This document shows positions 9,448 to 18,951 of a DNA stretch of 64,000 bases, piece by piece; within the stretch, counting starts at the first letter, position 1, and every line of letters starts with the position of its first letter. Source of the stretch: Flavobacteriales bacterium (GTDB lineage Bacteria > Bacteroidota > Bacteroidia > Flavobacteriales_D > CAJJDF01); contig CBFHZD010000010.1 in assembly GCA_965660305.1 (NCBI GenBank), positions 5,591 to 69,590 of the forward strand. The letters are read 5' to 3'. The notes under the pieces are model-generated. The model was given only the letters and a program-made list of their open reading frames with translations. It did no database searches and was not told where the DNA came from. The position numbers and the translations under genes were made by a program.

Positions 9448-10530
9448 TTAAAAAGTTACTGGGGATATAGTTTGATATTTTCCTGGCCAAAGACCTATTA
9501 AACGAAATGAAACCTCTAGTCCACCTCTACCATTTGATGCTTCGCTTAAGTCTGACATTGAGACATCATAGCTAATTCCAAGAGTGTATTTTTCTCTAAA
9601 ATCAATCATCACTTGCGGTATGATTGCATCAAAAGCTCTATAAAAGACTCCATAGTGTAATCTCAAACTTTTTTGATATCCTGTGTATTTTGATTCCGAC
9701 TTCCCAAGAACAGTACTCATAAGGAAACCAACATTAATCTCGCTTGCCAAATTTTGGTTTGCGATAAAAAATGAAGGTGTAATCCCCCATCTGTCGTTTT
9801 TAAAAGTAAACTCCTTATGTCCATGAAGAATATACTTAACAGGCAACCTATCCGATTCATCAATGATTCCCGTTTTGGCACGAGTAACGTGACTTGCAGA
9901 AAAACCTAATTGGAATGAGTTTCCTTTGTAATCAAAGTTTCTAAATAATAACCCTACATTAAAATCTGCAAAGTTATCTGCTCTTCCAGAAAAGGTTTCT
10001 TGTGAGGAAGAATTTTGAACAACTTCAAGACCATTGTATTGGTCATCCCACAATAAATTCTGGTAATTAGCAGAGTTCTGAATAATCCCCATACCAAGTC
10101 CCAATGTTAAATCAGATCGTTTAGAAAGAAATACCGTTTGGGAAAGGTTAATCATTCCATTAAAGGTCTTCGTTTTTGAATCACCCGCTTGGTCTTGAAA
10201 CATGTGAAAACCAATTGAGGTTTGTTTTCTTCCATCACTATTTTCAAATAACCCCATGTCATAAGAAAAGAAGAAAGTTTTATAGGCATTAGAAAATGAA
10301 GAATACTGTTCTTTAAAATCTAAAACACCTCTAAAATCTCCACTAAAGTTTCCAGTATTGGCAGGGTTTAAATGAGTAGCTGTTACATTAAATTGTGAAA
10401 AGTGAATGTCTTGTGAAAAAGCTGACATGCTTGTGAAAAGGCCCAATACCCCTCCTAATAGAGCTTTGTTCAACTTGTTTCCTTTAAAGAATCCAAATCT
10501 CATCTTTAAACTATTTTTTGTTTGTATCAT
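9448..10530 (-). CDS. Type IX secretion system membrane protein, PorP/SprF family
   Basis: SAFSQDIHFSQFNVTATHLNPANTG matches the PorP/SprF N-terminal signature. The ~340-aa protein has a beta-barrel-like sequence pattern. Confidence 0.85.
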   Translation of the reverse strand: MIQTKNSLKMRFGFFKGNKLNKALLGGVLGLFTSMSAFSQDIHFSQFNVTATHLNPANTGNFSGDFRGVLDFKEQYSSFSNAYKTFFFSYDMGLFENSDGRKQTSIGFHMFQDQAGDSKTKTFNGMINLSQTVFLSKRSDLTLGLGMGIIQNSANYQNLLWDDQYNGLEVVQNSSSQETFSGRADNFADFNVGLLFRNFDYKGNSFQLGFSASHVTRAKTGIIDESDRLPVKYILHGHKEFTFKNDRWGITPSFFIANQNLASEINVGFLMSTVLGKSESKYTGYQKSLRLHYGVFYRAFDAIIPQVMIDFREKYTLGISYDVSMSDLSEASNGRGGLEVSFRLIGLWPGKYQTISPVTF

Positions 10531-10549
10531 TTTGTTAAGTTTAAGGTAA

Positions 10550-11815
10550 TTATCTTACTAGTGTAATATTTCCTTTTTGTTCAAATTCCCCAAAGTCTTT
10601 TATTTGAGCTTTGATGTAATAGACATAAACCCCACTTTGTGATTTCTGTCCTCTGTATCGTCCATCCCATCCTTGATCAACATCTCTGGATTCAAATACT
10701 TTTTCTCCCCATCTGTTATAAACCATGAAAGTGATTTCTTCAATTCTGTTACTTCTTGCATAAAGAACATCATTCAGGCCATCTCCATTTGGTGAAAATA
10801 TTTGAGGAACAAATAATATATTCTCATCTATGATAGATAATGCAAATACATCATCATTAAAGTTTCGAGTATTCCATTCCACATAGTTTCCTGGGGATCC
10901 TAGGTTTGCAGGGTTTGTCTCATTGTCAAAAAAATCGACTACGATATCTTCAAACCTTGGCACAGCTTTGTTCCATTGCCCCAGAGTAGTATATTTTCTA
11001 TCTGATGCTAAGTGGTCTGAATCAAAGAAATACAATTTAACGTTTGCACTAGATTCTCCGAAAAAACGACCGATGTGGTGATAAAACTCGCTATTAATCT
11101 CAAAAAGCTCTCCTGCCTTTCTCGATCTGCTGTAAGGCCCTGCTGCTCCAGTAAATGAAGTTCCAGTTCTATCAGTTGATGCATCTGTTGCTGCCAATCG
11201 CACACCAAAAACACTGCTATCTCCAGTACTTGGTGTAATATCTACTCCTCTGTATTCACTAGAAACAAGATTCACATTACCCACCGGAAATCGGTAAGTT
11301 GCTGTTCTGTCTGTGCTTCTTAGGATATATCCTCCAATGGAGTCCCCAGATACAAAACCAGAGTTCCAAACTAATGAGGAAGGATCTGGGTTAGATACAT
11401 GGATTCTGTTGGCATTGAGAACAAGCTCAGCATCTGCCAAGTCAAGTCTATTTCTTACCTCTGCATCTTGTGCAAGAGTTTTCATTGTGGCTCCTCCTGA
11501 AAGAGCAAGGTTGTAAAACCTTGTAGGGTTACTTCCCTTTATAGTTTGGGTATTTCCAATTAAATCAACCAATCCATTGCTGGTGGATGAAACTCCGGAA
11601 CCTCCAGAATTATTGGTCCAGTCCTCCGTGAGGAGGACTTCGCCAGAATGTACCAAACTACCTCCATTCTCTAAAGAAAATTCTCCATCGGTATACCAAG
11701 TTGCTCCTTGCGAAACAAACAATTCTCCACCTTGAATAAAAGTTCCTTGTTGAGAATAAGAATGCCCCATGCTAATCAATCCTAATATAAAGATTGCATT
11801 TATATAATGCTTCAT
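10550..11815 (-). CDS. T9SS type-B sorting domain (gliding-motility-associated C-terminal domain) protein
   Basis: Signal peptide. The C-terminus is VPQIFSPNGDGLNDVLYA...VYNRWGEKVFES...GWDGRYRGQKSQSGVYVYYI...GNITLVR. Confidence 0.85.
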   Translation of the reverse strand: MKHYINAIFILGLISMGHSYSQQGTFIQGGELFVSQGATWYTDGEFSLENGGSLVHSGEVLLTEDWTNNSGGSGVSSTSNGLVDLIGNTQTIKGSNPTRFYNLALSGGATMKTLAQDAEVRNRLDLADAELVLNANRIHVSNPDPSSLVWNSGFVSGDSIGGYILRSTDRTATYRFPVGNVNLVSSEYRGVDITPSTGDSSVFGVRLAATDASTDRTGTSFTGAAGPYSRSRKAGELFEINSEFYHHIGRFFGESSANVKLYFFDSDHLASDRKYTTLGQWNKAVPRFEDIVVDFFDNETNPANLGSPGNYVEWNTRNFNDDVFALSIIDENILFVPQIFSPNGDGLNDVLYARSNRIEEITFMVYNRWGEKVFESRDVDQGWDGRYRGQKSQSGVYVYYIKAQIKDFGEFEQKGNITLVR

Positions 11816-11856
11816 AAAATGTAAGTTTAATGTGTTAATAGTTCGACTTCAGCTGA

Positions 11857-13308
11857 TTAGTGTACTCCCAAGTAGATGAACATCGTTGAACTCATTGTTC
11901 TTGGTGCTGTGTTCATTGGAGTAGCTGATCCGCCAGAAGAAACTGTTACAGTGTGTGAATGGTTACCACTACTATAAATTTGTAATCTATCAGGTCTAGT
12001 AACCACGTTTGGCTCACCTGGAGAACTATCGTTATTTGTACTAGTATTGTTACCACCACTTGAAACTCGAACTAAACCTCGTCCACCGTTTGAATTGTTT
12101 GTATTGTTACCGTGAGAGTGATTTCCAGCAACATTGGTAGTTCCATTAAAAGTAACATTTGGCAAGTTAGCCTGAGAGATGACAGTTGTGTTACTTCCTG
12201 AAATAGAAGCCATTGAATCTCCATTTTGTGACAAGTATGTACCCGTTGCGTTAGGTAATAAACTATCAAAACCTAAAGATATTGCTGCCAATTTTTGTGC
12301 TGGAGTCAATGAATCAACTGATCTTCCGTCAAGCTTAATCCAACCTCTGTGATCCATTGGTTGCAATCCATACTTTACATCACCAATCATAGTTCCTTGG
12401 TAAAATCTCTTTGTTGCCAAAAGTGAATCAATGAATTCATCGTTACTTGCCAACCCAACTAAATTTGCTGAAGCTGCATTTCCATCTTCGATGTGTGCTG
12501 TAATTACAGTACCTTGAAGCTTAATGCTGTCTAAGTTTTGATCATCAATACTGTCGTTCATTGCCGTGATAAATGTCTCGTCAGTTAACAAACTATCCGC
12601 AATACCATTTGCCAACGTTGTATCTTGTGACAAAACGTCTAAGAAAGTACTGTCTGTTCCTAAAATGGTTGTGAAATTTGAATTAGTTCCTAATACCGAC
12701 ACAAAATTACTGTCTGTTGCTAACGTGTTAGTAAAACTAGTATCTGATGCCAATCCAATTAAGTTTGTAGATGCAGAACTTCCGTCTTCTATGTGCGTTG
12801 TTATTGTAGTCCCTTGCAAATCCATTCCTATTAAGTTTTGATCATCAATACTATCGTTCATTCCATTAATGAAGTTGGTATCGTTCATCAAATCGGTCAT
12901 GATATTGTAATACATCGTATCCATAAATTCACTGTTTTGTGTCAATGTATCACCATTTCTATAAATAACACTTGTCAAACTATCAATGAAGGAACTTTGA
13001 GTGAAAAGTGAATCAGTTCTTCCAGATACGATATTTACGATTCTTCTTGAATCATATCTAATTAAATTAGAAATTGCTCCTATAGACATGTATCTTACTA
13101 TTCCATTTGCTGGATCAACAACCAAAAGGTTGGTATCCCCTGGACTGTAAGAAATTAGCCCGTCAAACTTTGCAGGTTCGTCTCCCCCAAATGGTACAAC
13201 ATGTAAAGTTGTAGCTGGAGTAGTCGTGTTAACCCCTGTTCTTTGTGACATTCCTAATTTTGCTACCAAAAGGAATGCGGATAAAATAATTAGTGCTTTG
13301 ATTTTCAT
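11857..13308 (-). CDS. Secreted fibre-like protein with a phage tail-collar-like domain and two GNHSH (HxH) motifs
   Basis: Signal peptide MKIKALIILSAFLLVAKLGMSQ. A duplicated module (MNDSIDDQNL..LQGT.IT.HIEDG..AS.NL.GLAS) is present. The collar-like block is GDVKYGLQPMDHRGWIKLDGRSVDSLTPAQKLAAISLGF. Later come VISQANLPNVTF..AGNHSHG...SSGNHSHTVTV...TMFIYLG. Confidence 0.7.
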   Translation of the reverse strand: MKIKALIILSAFLLVAKLGMSQRTGVNTTTPATTLHVVPFGGDEPAKFDGLISYSPGDTNLLVVDPANGIVRYMSIGAISNLIRYDSRRIVNIVSGRTDSLFTQSSFIDSLTSVIYRNGDTLTQNSEFMDTMYYNIMTDLMNDTNFINGMNDSIDDQNLIGMDLQGTTITTHIEDGSSASTNLIGLASDTSFTNTLATDSNFVSVLGTNSNFTTILGTDSTFLDVLSQDTTLANGIADSLLTDETFITAMNDSIDDQNLDSIKLQGTVITAHIEDGNAASANLVGLASNDEFIDSLLATKRFYQGTMIGDVKYGLQPMDHRGWIKLDGRSVDSLTPAQKLAAISLGFDSLLPNATGTYLSQNGDSMASISGSNTTVISQANLPNVTFNGTTNVAGNHSHGNNTNNSNGGRGLVRVSSGGNNTSTNNDSSPGEPNVVTRPDRLQIYSSGNHSHTVTVSSGGSATPMNTAPRTMSSTMFIYLGVH

Positions 13309-13397
13309 AATTATATGTTTTTGTTTTTGTTTTTTAAATTCTTTGCGGTGCGAAAGTATCTTTTAAAAAAACGTTTACAATATATGTAACAATAGAA

Positions 13398-13432
13398 TTG
13401 CTTAAGATGCATTTTTCGTTGCTTAAGATGCA
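13398..13432. repeat. Direct repeat TTGCTTAAGATGCA x2, 21-bp spacing, upstream of the fibre/T9SS operon
   Basis: Exact 14-mers at 13398-13411 and 13419-13432, 90-125 bp upstream of the start codon at 13308 (minus strand). Confidence 0.6.
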
Positions 13433-13809
13433 CGATTAAATATCTCAATGAATTTAACTTGTAAAATAATTCGATTCATATTTTTCTATAACACTGTTTG
13501 TTAACTTATTAAAAGAATGAATTAAACAAAAAAGCATTAATGTATAATTAATGTAAAATTGTTGTGTTTAAAAAGCCTGCCAAAGATATCAGATTGGTGA
13601 TGTTATAAAATCAAGGACGATATTTACACTAGCAGGATTATATTGATTCTTATCAATTCAGAATCATTTTTATTGATTTTATTCTAATTTATAATGAGAG
13701 TATATAATTTTTGATTTCGATAATTCATCCCAATATCAGGAAGAAGACAATGGAAAGAAAAAGTCAGGGAAGAATTATTAAAATAAAAAGATTACAGATA
13801 AATGAAAAT

Positions 13810-13842
13810 AAAAAAACTCAAATAAATTTTAATTTATTTGAG
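13810..13842 (-). terminator. Rho-independent terminator of gltA
   Basis: Arms ctcaaataaatt (13817-13828) and aatttatttgag (13831-13842). On the minus strand the stem is followed by T7. Confidence 0.7.
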
Positions 13843-13933
13843 TTTTAAAGATGTTTTTAAATTTTAAACCAAAACAATTTGTTCATGGATTCAAACAAAT
13901 TTAGGCCTAGTTTAATCTACAGAACAATCTTCT

Positions 13934-15220
13934 TTATCGCTTATTAATTTCTACATAATTACGTGCATTTGCACCGGTGTAGATTTGTCTTGGTCTTCCG
14001 ATAGGTTGTTTGGTTTCTATCATTTCTTTCCATTGCGCTATCCAACCTGGAAGTCTTCCAATAGCAAACATGACTGTGAACATTTCTGTTGGAATACCGA
14101 TAGCTCTGTAAATAATACCCGAGTAGAAATCCACATTTGGATATAATTTTCTATCCACAAAATAAGGGTCTTCAAGAGCTGCAGCCTCTAATTTCTTGGC
14201 GATATCCAAAACTGGGTCATTAATTCCTAATTTTTCTAGAACATCATCACAAGCTTTCTTGATGATTTTTGCTCTTGGGTCGAAGTTTTTATATACTCTG
14301 TGACCAAAGCCCATTAGTCGGAAGGGGTCGTTTTTGTCTTTTGCTTTATTCAAATATTTGGTTACGTCACCTCCATCATTTTTGATGTTTTCCAACATTT
14401 CTATTACTGCCTGGTTGGCACCACCATGAAGAGGACCCCACAATGCAGATATTCCTGCAGAAATTGAAGCATATAAATTAGCCTGTGAAGAACCTACTAT
14501 TCTAACCGTTGAAGCAGAACAGTTTTGTTCATGATCTGCATGAAGAATAAACAGTAAATCAAGTGCTTTGGCAACAACAGGATCGATTTCATAATCCTCT
14601 GAAGGCACTGAGAACATCATTTGTAAGAAATTCTCACTGTAATTTAATTCGTTTTTTGGGTAAACAACAGGATGACGCTGTGCGTTCTTGTGAGACCAAG
14701 CCGCTAAAGTTGGTATCTTTGCAATCAATCTATAAATTGTCAAGTCAATAGCATCTTCACTTCTGTTTGGGTCTTGAGATTCTGGGTAGAATGAGGACAA
14801 AGAGTTAATTAAAGAACCAAGTACTCCCATTGGGTGTGCGTGATGAGGAAAGGCTTGATAAAACTTTCTCATATCTTCTGCAACCAGAGTATGCTTTCTG
14901 ATATTTTCATTAAAATCGTCAAGCTGCTCCTTATTTGGTAATTCACCTTCTATAAGTAGGTATGCCACTTCCAAAAAAGTCGATTTTTCCGCCAATTCTT
15001 CAATCGAGTAACCTCTGTAACTCAAAATTCCTTTTTCTCCATCCAAAAAAGTAATTCCACTTTCAGTGGCTCCGGTATTTTTATAACCTGGATCTAAGGT
15101 CACGTAACCTGACTGCCCTCTAAGTTTTGAGATGTCTATTCCTTTTTCGTTTTCTGATCCAGTTATTACAGGAAATTCGAAAGTTTCACCGTCTAGAATG
15201 AATTTGGCTGTTTCGCTCAT
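13934..15220 (-). CDS. gltA: Citrate synthase
   Basis: 428 aa. LHADHEQNCSASTVR and GFGHRVYKNFDPRA are classic citrate synthase motifs. Confidence 0.95.
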   Translation of the reverse strand: MSETAKFILDGETFEFPVITGSENEKGIDISKLRGQSGYVTLDPGYKNTGATESGITFLDGEKGILSYRGYSIEELAEKSTFLEVAYLLIEGELPNKEQLDDFNENIRKHTLVAEDMRKFYQAFPHHAHPMGVLGSLINSLSSFYPESQDPNRSEDAIDLTIYRLIAKIPTLAAWSHKNAQRHPVVYPKNELNYSENFLQMMFSVPSEDYEIDPVVAKALDLLFILHADHEQNCSASTVRIVGSSQANLYASISAGISALWGPLHGGANQAVIEMLENIKNDGGDVTKYLNKAKDKNDPFRLMGFGHRVYKNFDPRAKIIKKACDDVLEKLGINDPVLDIAKKLEAAALEDPYFVDRKLYPNVDFYSGIIYRAIGIPTEMFTVMFAIGRLPGWIAQWKEMIETKQPIGRPRQIYTGANARNYVEINKR

Positions 15221-15391
15221 AGTTTAATAAAAAAATTAAAGTGTCATTTGTATATGCAATTGTATCAATTACATTGCTCTGCGAATATAAAAAACATTCA
15301 GGGTTAAATGCAATTTTTATTTTGCAAATTTTGTACAACTAAGAATAAATAATTGAATTGAGTTTTAATCTGACCTATTAAAGGATTAATC

Positions 15392-16027
15392 CTATATTTT
15401 AAAGACTTCTTTATCAGCTATCATCATTGCTCTAAACTCTGCTAGAATTGCAGCAGTAGCTCCCCAAACTACTTTACTATTTAAATCCAAAAAAGGAGTG
15501 TTCAATTTTAATCCTCCTTGAACCTTAACCTGAGTTTCACCAACGACTGAAGGTTCGAATAAATCCAGGATCGGCACCTCGATAATTTCTTTCACTTCTT
15601 TTTTTTCTTTAATAAAATTAGGTTCCTCATCGCAAAAACCAATAAAGCTAGAAACCAAAAAATTACTTGGTGGTATGTAAATTTCCGTCATCTCTCCAAC
15701 AGGTATAATTTGAGAAGAATCAATTCCAATTTCTTCCTGTGTTTCTCTCAAAGCTGTTTCGTAATTAGAATCATCATTTTTTTCCACCTTCCCACCAGGA
15801 AAACTAATCTGGTTTCCATGAACACCTTTGTAATCGTGCCTTTGAGTTAGCGGAAAAAACCATTCTCCACTTTTGGGATAGATCAACAACAACACAGCTC
15901 CCTTTTTGGGGTTCTCCGGAATAGTTTTGACAAGCCTGCGATAGGGTGTCATTTTTAGATGTTCCTTTTCACCGGGTAATTCCTTGAGAAAGGCTTCTCT
16001 CAATTTTTGAAGTAAAAATTGTGACAT
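15392..16027 (-). CDS. NUDIX hydrolase (CoA pyrophosphatase-like)
   Basis: Nudix box GGKVEKNDDSNYETALRETQEEIGI, 211 aa. Confidence 0.8.
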   Translation of the reverse strand: MSQFLLQKLREAFLKELPGEKEHLKMTPYRRLVKTIPENPKKGAVLLLIYPKSGEWFFPLTQRHDYKGVHGNQISFPGGKVEKNDDSNYETALRETQEEIGIDSSQIIPVGEMTEIYIPPSNFLVSSFIGFCDEEPNFIKEKKEVKEIIEVPILDLFEPSVVGETQVKVQGGLKLNTPFLDLNSKVVWGATAAILAEFRAMMIADKEVFKI

Positions 16028-16600
16028 CTATTTGTTTTCTTTAAATAACAAAGACTCTGAATTGATGCAATACCTCAAACCAGTTGGATTTGGACCATCG
16101 GTAAAGACATGCCCCTGATGTCCTTTGCAAACAGCACACACTACCTCTACTCGATTCATTCCAAAAGAATTATCTTGGATCTTTTCAATATTTCCCTTGA
16201 TGAAATCATAAAAAGAAGGCCACCCCGTACCAGAGGAAAATTTAGTGTCAGATTGAAACAAGGGAGTTTCACAACCTTTACACAAATAAGTTCCTTTTTT
16301 TTTCATTCCTACATAATCTCCAGAAAAAGCTCTTTCGGTTCCTTTTTCTCTTAAAATATAATATTCTTTGGATGTCAGTATATTTTTCCAATCTTGATCT
16401 GTTAAGGCTGAATAATCCTTAATGGAATCGCGTTTTATTCTTGATTCTCGATTTGCAATGACATCAGAATCTTCTTTCAAAACTTCACTCTGTTGGTTTG
16501 GTATTGTTTTATTGACAGATTGAGAGCATCCAAACAAAAGGAGAAGTCCAATAATTTTGAGGATTAAAATACGGAAGCTTGTTGTCATGGTAGGTATCAT
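16028..16600 (-). CDS. msrB: Peptide-methionine (R)-S-oxide reductase with a lipoprotein-type leader
   Basis: CKGCETPLF..GTGWPSFYD...VVCAVCKGHQGHVFTDGP..TGLRYCINS. The N-terminal LLLFGCSQ resembles a lipobox. Confidence 0.92.
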   Translation of the reverse strand: MIPTMTTSFRILILKIIGLLLLFGCSQSVNKTIPNQQSEVLKEDSDVIANRESRIKRDSIKDYSALTDQDWKNILTSKEYYILREKGTERAFSGDYVGMKKKGTYLCKGCETPLFQSDTKFSSGTGWPSFYDFIKGNIEKIQDNSFGMNRVEVVCAVCKGHQGHVFTDGPNPTGLRYCINSESLLFKENK

Positions 16601-16621
16601 TTAGTTTTTAATAGTATTCAA

Positions 16622-17566
16622 TCATTTCAAAAAAGGAAAATCTAAATTTAATTGATTTTCTTTTCGCTTTAATTGTTCTTTAAAATTAATTGAGTCTTGA
16701 GTTTTTGGATGAAGTAACCTGTGCTCCTTTTCCTTTTCAATCTGAAAAATTCTTTTGTTTATTTTTCTTGTTTCATCAGTAAAAAAGGAATCGGAAAATT
16801 TACTCCAAATGTAATCTATGGCTTGGGAGGATGGATGTAACATGTCATCAGCATAAAACCTATAATCTCTCAATTCATCTAACATAATTTCGTAAGAAGG
16901 AAAATACACCAAATTATCCATCTGTTGTTTAATTTCTCTTAAAGCCAAATGGAGCGTTGACTTACTCTGTTGATTTTCCACTACTCCATCTTTCCAATGC
17001 CTCACTGGACTGATAGTGGTTATGATTTTTATGTCTGGATTAAATTTCTGTAATTTAGATAAAGATTGAGTGAGAGCCGACACAATTTCGTTAACACTCA
17101 ATAGTTCTTTTCTGAAGTTAGTGATAGGAGTTTTATGACAGTTCGCAACCACTTTATTCGATTTTTCCAGTCTGTAAACCCAAGCCGTACCTATGGTAAC
17201 GATAAGTATATTAGCTTTGGAAAAGTAGGCGTTTGCAAGATTTATTCTTGAATTAATTTTACTTAATACTTCAGATTGTTCAACACCCGAGAACATGCTG
17301 TGATGATTAAAACTATAATAAAGTTCGTTATGAAAACCCAATTCATTGTTATCATATTCTTTATTGACTATGCATTCCTCGATAGCACTTGCAATGGAAA
17401 TAGGATTAAACAAAATACCATGAGGATTTGAGATGATATCGAATCTGTGATAGGTTAGTTTATCATGTATATTTTGTGCAAAACAAGAACCTAGACTAAT
17501 AATCGTGTCCTGGTGAGAAATAAAAAAGGGAGGACTCAATGGCGGGACTTTCGTTCTGAAATTCAT
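16622..17566 (-). CDS. GSCFA-domain protein
   Basis: Contains the eponymous GSCFAQNI motif near the N-terminus, 314 aa. Confidence 0.85.
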   Translation of the reverse strand: MNFRTKVPPLSPPFFISHQDTIISLGSCFAQNIHDKLTYHRFDIISNPHGILFNPISIASAIEECIVNKEYDNNELGFHNELYYSFNHHSMFSGVEQSEVLSKINSRINLANAYFSKANILIVTIGTAWVYRLEKSNKVVANCHKTPITNFRKELLSVNEIVSALTQSLSKLQKFNPDIKIITTISPVRHWKDGVVENQQSKSTLHLALREIKQQMDNLVYFPSYEIMLDELRDYRFYADDMLHPSSQAIDYIWSKFSDSFFTDETRKINKRIFQIEKEKEHRLLHPKTQDSINFKEQLKRKENQLNLDFPFLK

Positions 17567-17627
17567 ATCCTAAAGTTATGCAGAATTTAAACTAAAAATC
17601 ATTTTTTTATTGAGATTAAAAAATAAT

Positions 17628-18053
17628 TTATTCCTCGATTTCTTCTTTTACCCACATTTTTTCAAAACTCAGTCTAAAAGCTCCTATGAACTCGTATTTT
17701 TTGAAACTACTAGGTGGAATCACACTCAAAAAAGTAGATTCATCTTCCCGGTGATATAAATAATAAACTTCACCAATAATAGGCTCAAAGTTATACTCCG
17801 TGTTATAAATCAACTCATTCCACTTGTATTCATCCATCATTTTTTCATACTCAGCTTGTAATTCGTTGAATTTTTGTTTGAGCATGTGATTCACTTTGGA
17901 AATACCAACATTTTTCCATGTTTTCACATTGGTGGTAGAAATTGCTGGGGCACCTACATTAGTTCCGTATTCTTTGATGGCCGCATCATATTTCCCTGTG
18001 TGTTCATCAAATACAACCTGGTCTGGTTTTTTCTCCTCGTTTTGTTCTGCCAT
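17628..18053 (-). CDS. Conserved hypothetical protein (possibly DUF2452-like)
   Basis: 141-aa soluble ORF in a good genomic context. The family call is recollection only. Confidence 0.4.
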   Translation of the reverse strand: MAEQNEEKKPDQVVFDEHTGKYDAAIKEYGTNVGAPAISTTNVKTWKNVGISKVNHMLKQKFNELQAEYEKMMDEYKWNELIYNTEYNFEPIIGEVYYLYHREDESTFLSVIPPSSFKKYEFIGAFRLSFEKMWVKEEIEE

Positions 18054-18165
18054 TTTTTAATTTTGTTAAACAAAAATACTCATTTCTTTTTTATTATTCC
18101 ACAATCAATCCTCAATTGTGGTTCTTTTTTATTTCTTACTTTTATTTCTCATAAACAAAATATCA

Positions 18166-18894
18166 ATGAAGGCAATTATAATAACAGGAGGAAGCAAAGG
18201 ATTAGGTAAAGCGTTAACCACACTGTACAATAGAAATGGGTATGTCGTTTATTCCCTATCTCGTTCATTGGATGAAACTATAGAAAACATTAATCAAGTT
18301 TCAATCGACTTATGCCGGGTGGCTGAAGCAGAGAGAGTAATTGAAACCATCTTGGATAATATTCTTAGTGAAAATCCGACTTCAATCACCTTAATCAATA
18401 ATGCAGGAACTTTAGGAAAAATGGATATTTTACAAGAAATACCATCTAATAATATTGAGTCGACTATTTCATTGAATTACACTACTCCAATGGTACTATG
18501 CTCAACCTTCTCAAGGAAACTAGAAAGGTACAATGGAATAAAAAGAATAAGAAATATCTCGTCTGGGGCAGCCAATAGTGCTTATCACGGTTGGTCGGTT
18601 TATTGCAGCACTAAGGCCGCGATGGATAGTTTTTCTAAAGTAATGGCAATAGAACAGAATGACTCTTTATCTCCCATCCATATTCTTTCTATTTACCCAG
18701 GTGTTATTGACACAGAAATGCAAGCTGAAATACGCCAAACCACAGAGAAAGAATTCAGTAATGTTGGACGTTTCAGGGACATGAAGCAAAACAACGACCT
18801 GTCTGCACCAGATGAAATTGCAAAAATTATTTACAACATTGATCATCTTAATTCAATAAAAAACGGAGAGTTAGTTGACGTTCGAGATTTTTAA
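18166..18894 (+). CDS. Short-chain dehydrogenase/reductase (classical SDR)
   Basis: MKAIIITGGSKGLGKAL (TGxxxGxG), NNAG, YCSTKAA (YxxxK). I prefer the ATG at 18166 over the track start at 18118. Confidence 0.85.
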   Translation: MKAIIITGGSKGLGKALTTLYNRNGYVVYSLSRSLDETIENINQVSIDLCRVAEAERVIETILDNILSENPTSITLINNAGTLGKMDILQEIPSNNIESTISLNYTTPMVLCSTFSRKLERYNGIKRIRNISSGAANSAYHGWSVYCSTKAAMDSFSKVMAIEQNDSLSPIHILSIYPGVIDTEMQAEIRQTTEKEFSNVGRFRDMKQNNDLSAPDEIAKIIYNIDHLNSIKNGELVDVRDF

Positions 18895-18903
18895 CAAAAA
18901 AAA

Positions 18904-18930
18904 AGAGCGATTAACTCAGTCAATCGCTCT
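18904..18930. terminator. Hairpin terminator between the convergent SDR and TPR genes
   Basis: Arms agagcgatt / aatcgctct. An A-run precedes the stem (a T-run for the minus-strand gene) and a short T-run follows it. Confidence 0.6.
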
Positions 18931-18951
18931 TTTCATTCTTTCCTAATCTAA

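Noticed and set aside
11857-13308. Prophage or phage remnant, suggested by the tail-collar-like domain
   Set aside because: No capsid, terminase, integrase, baseplate or lysis genes are nearby. The gene has a Sec signal peptide and sits in an operon with T9SS components.
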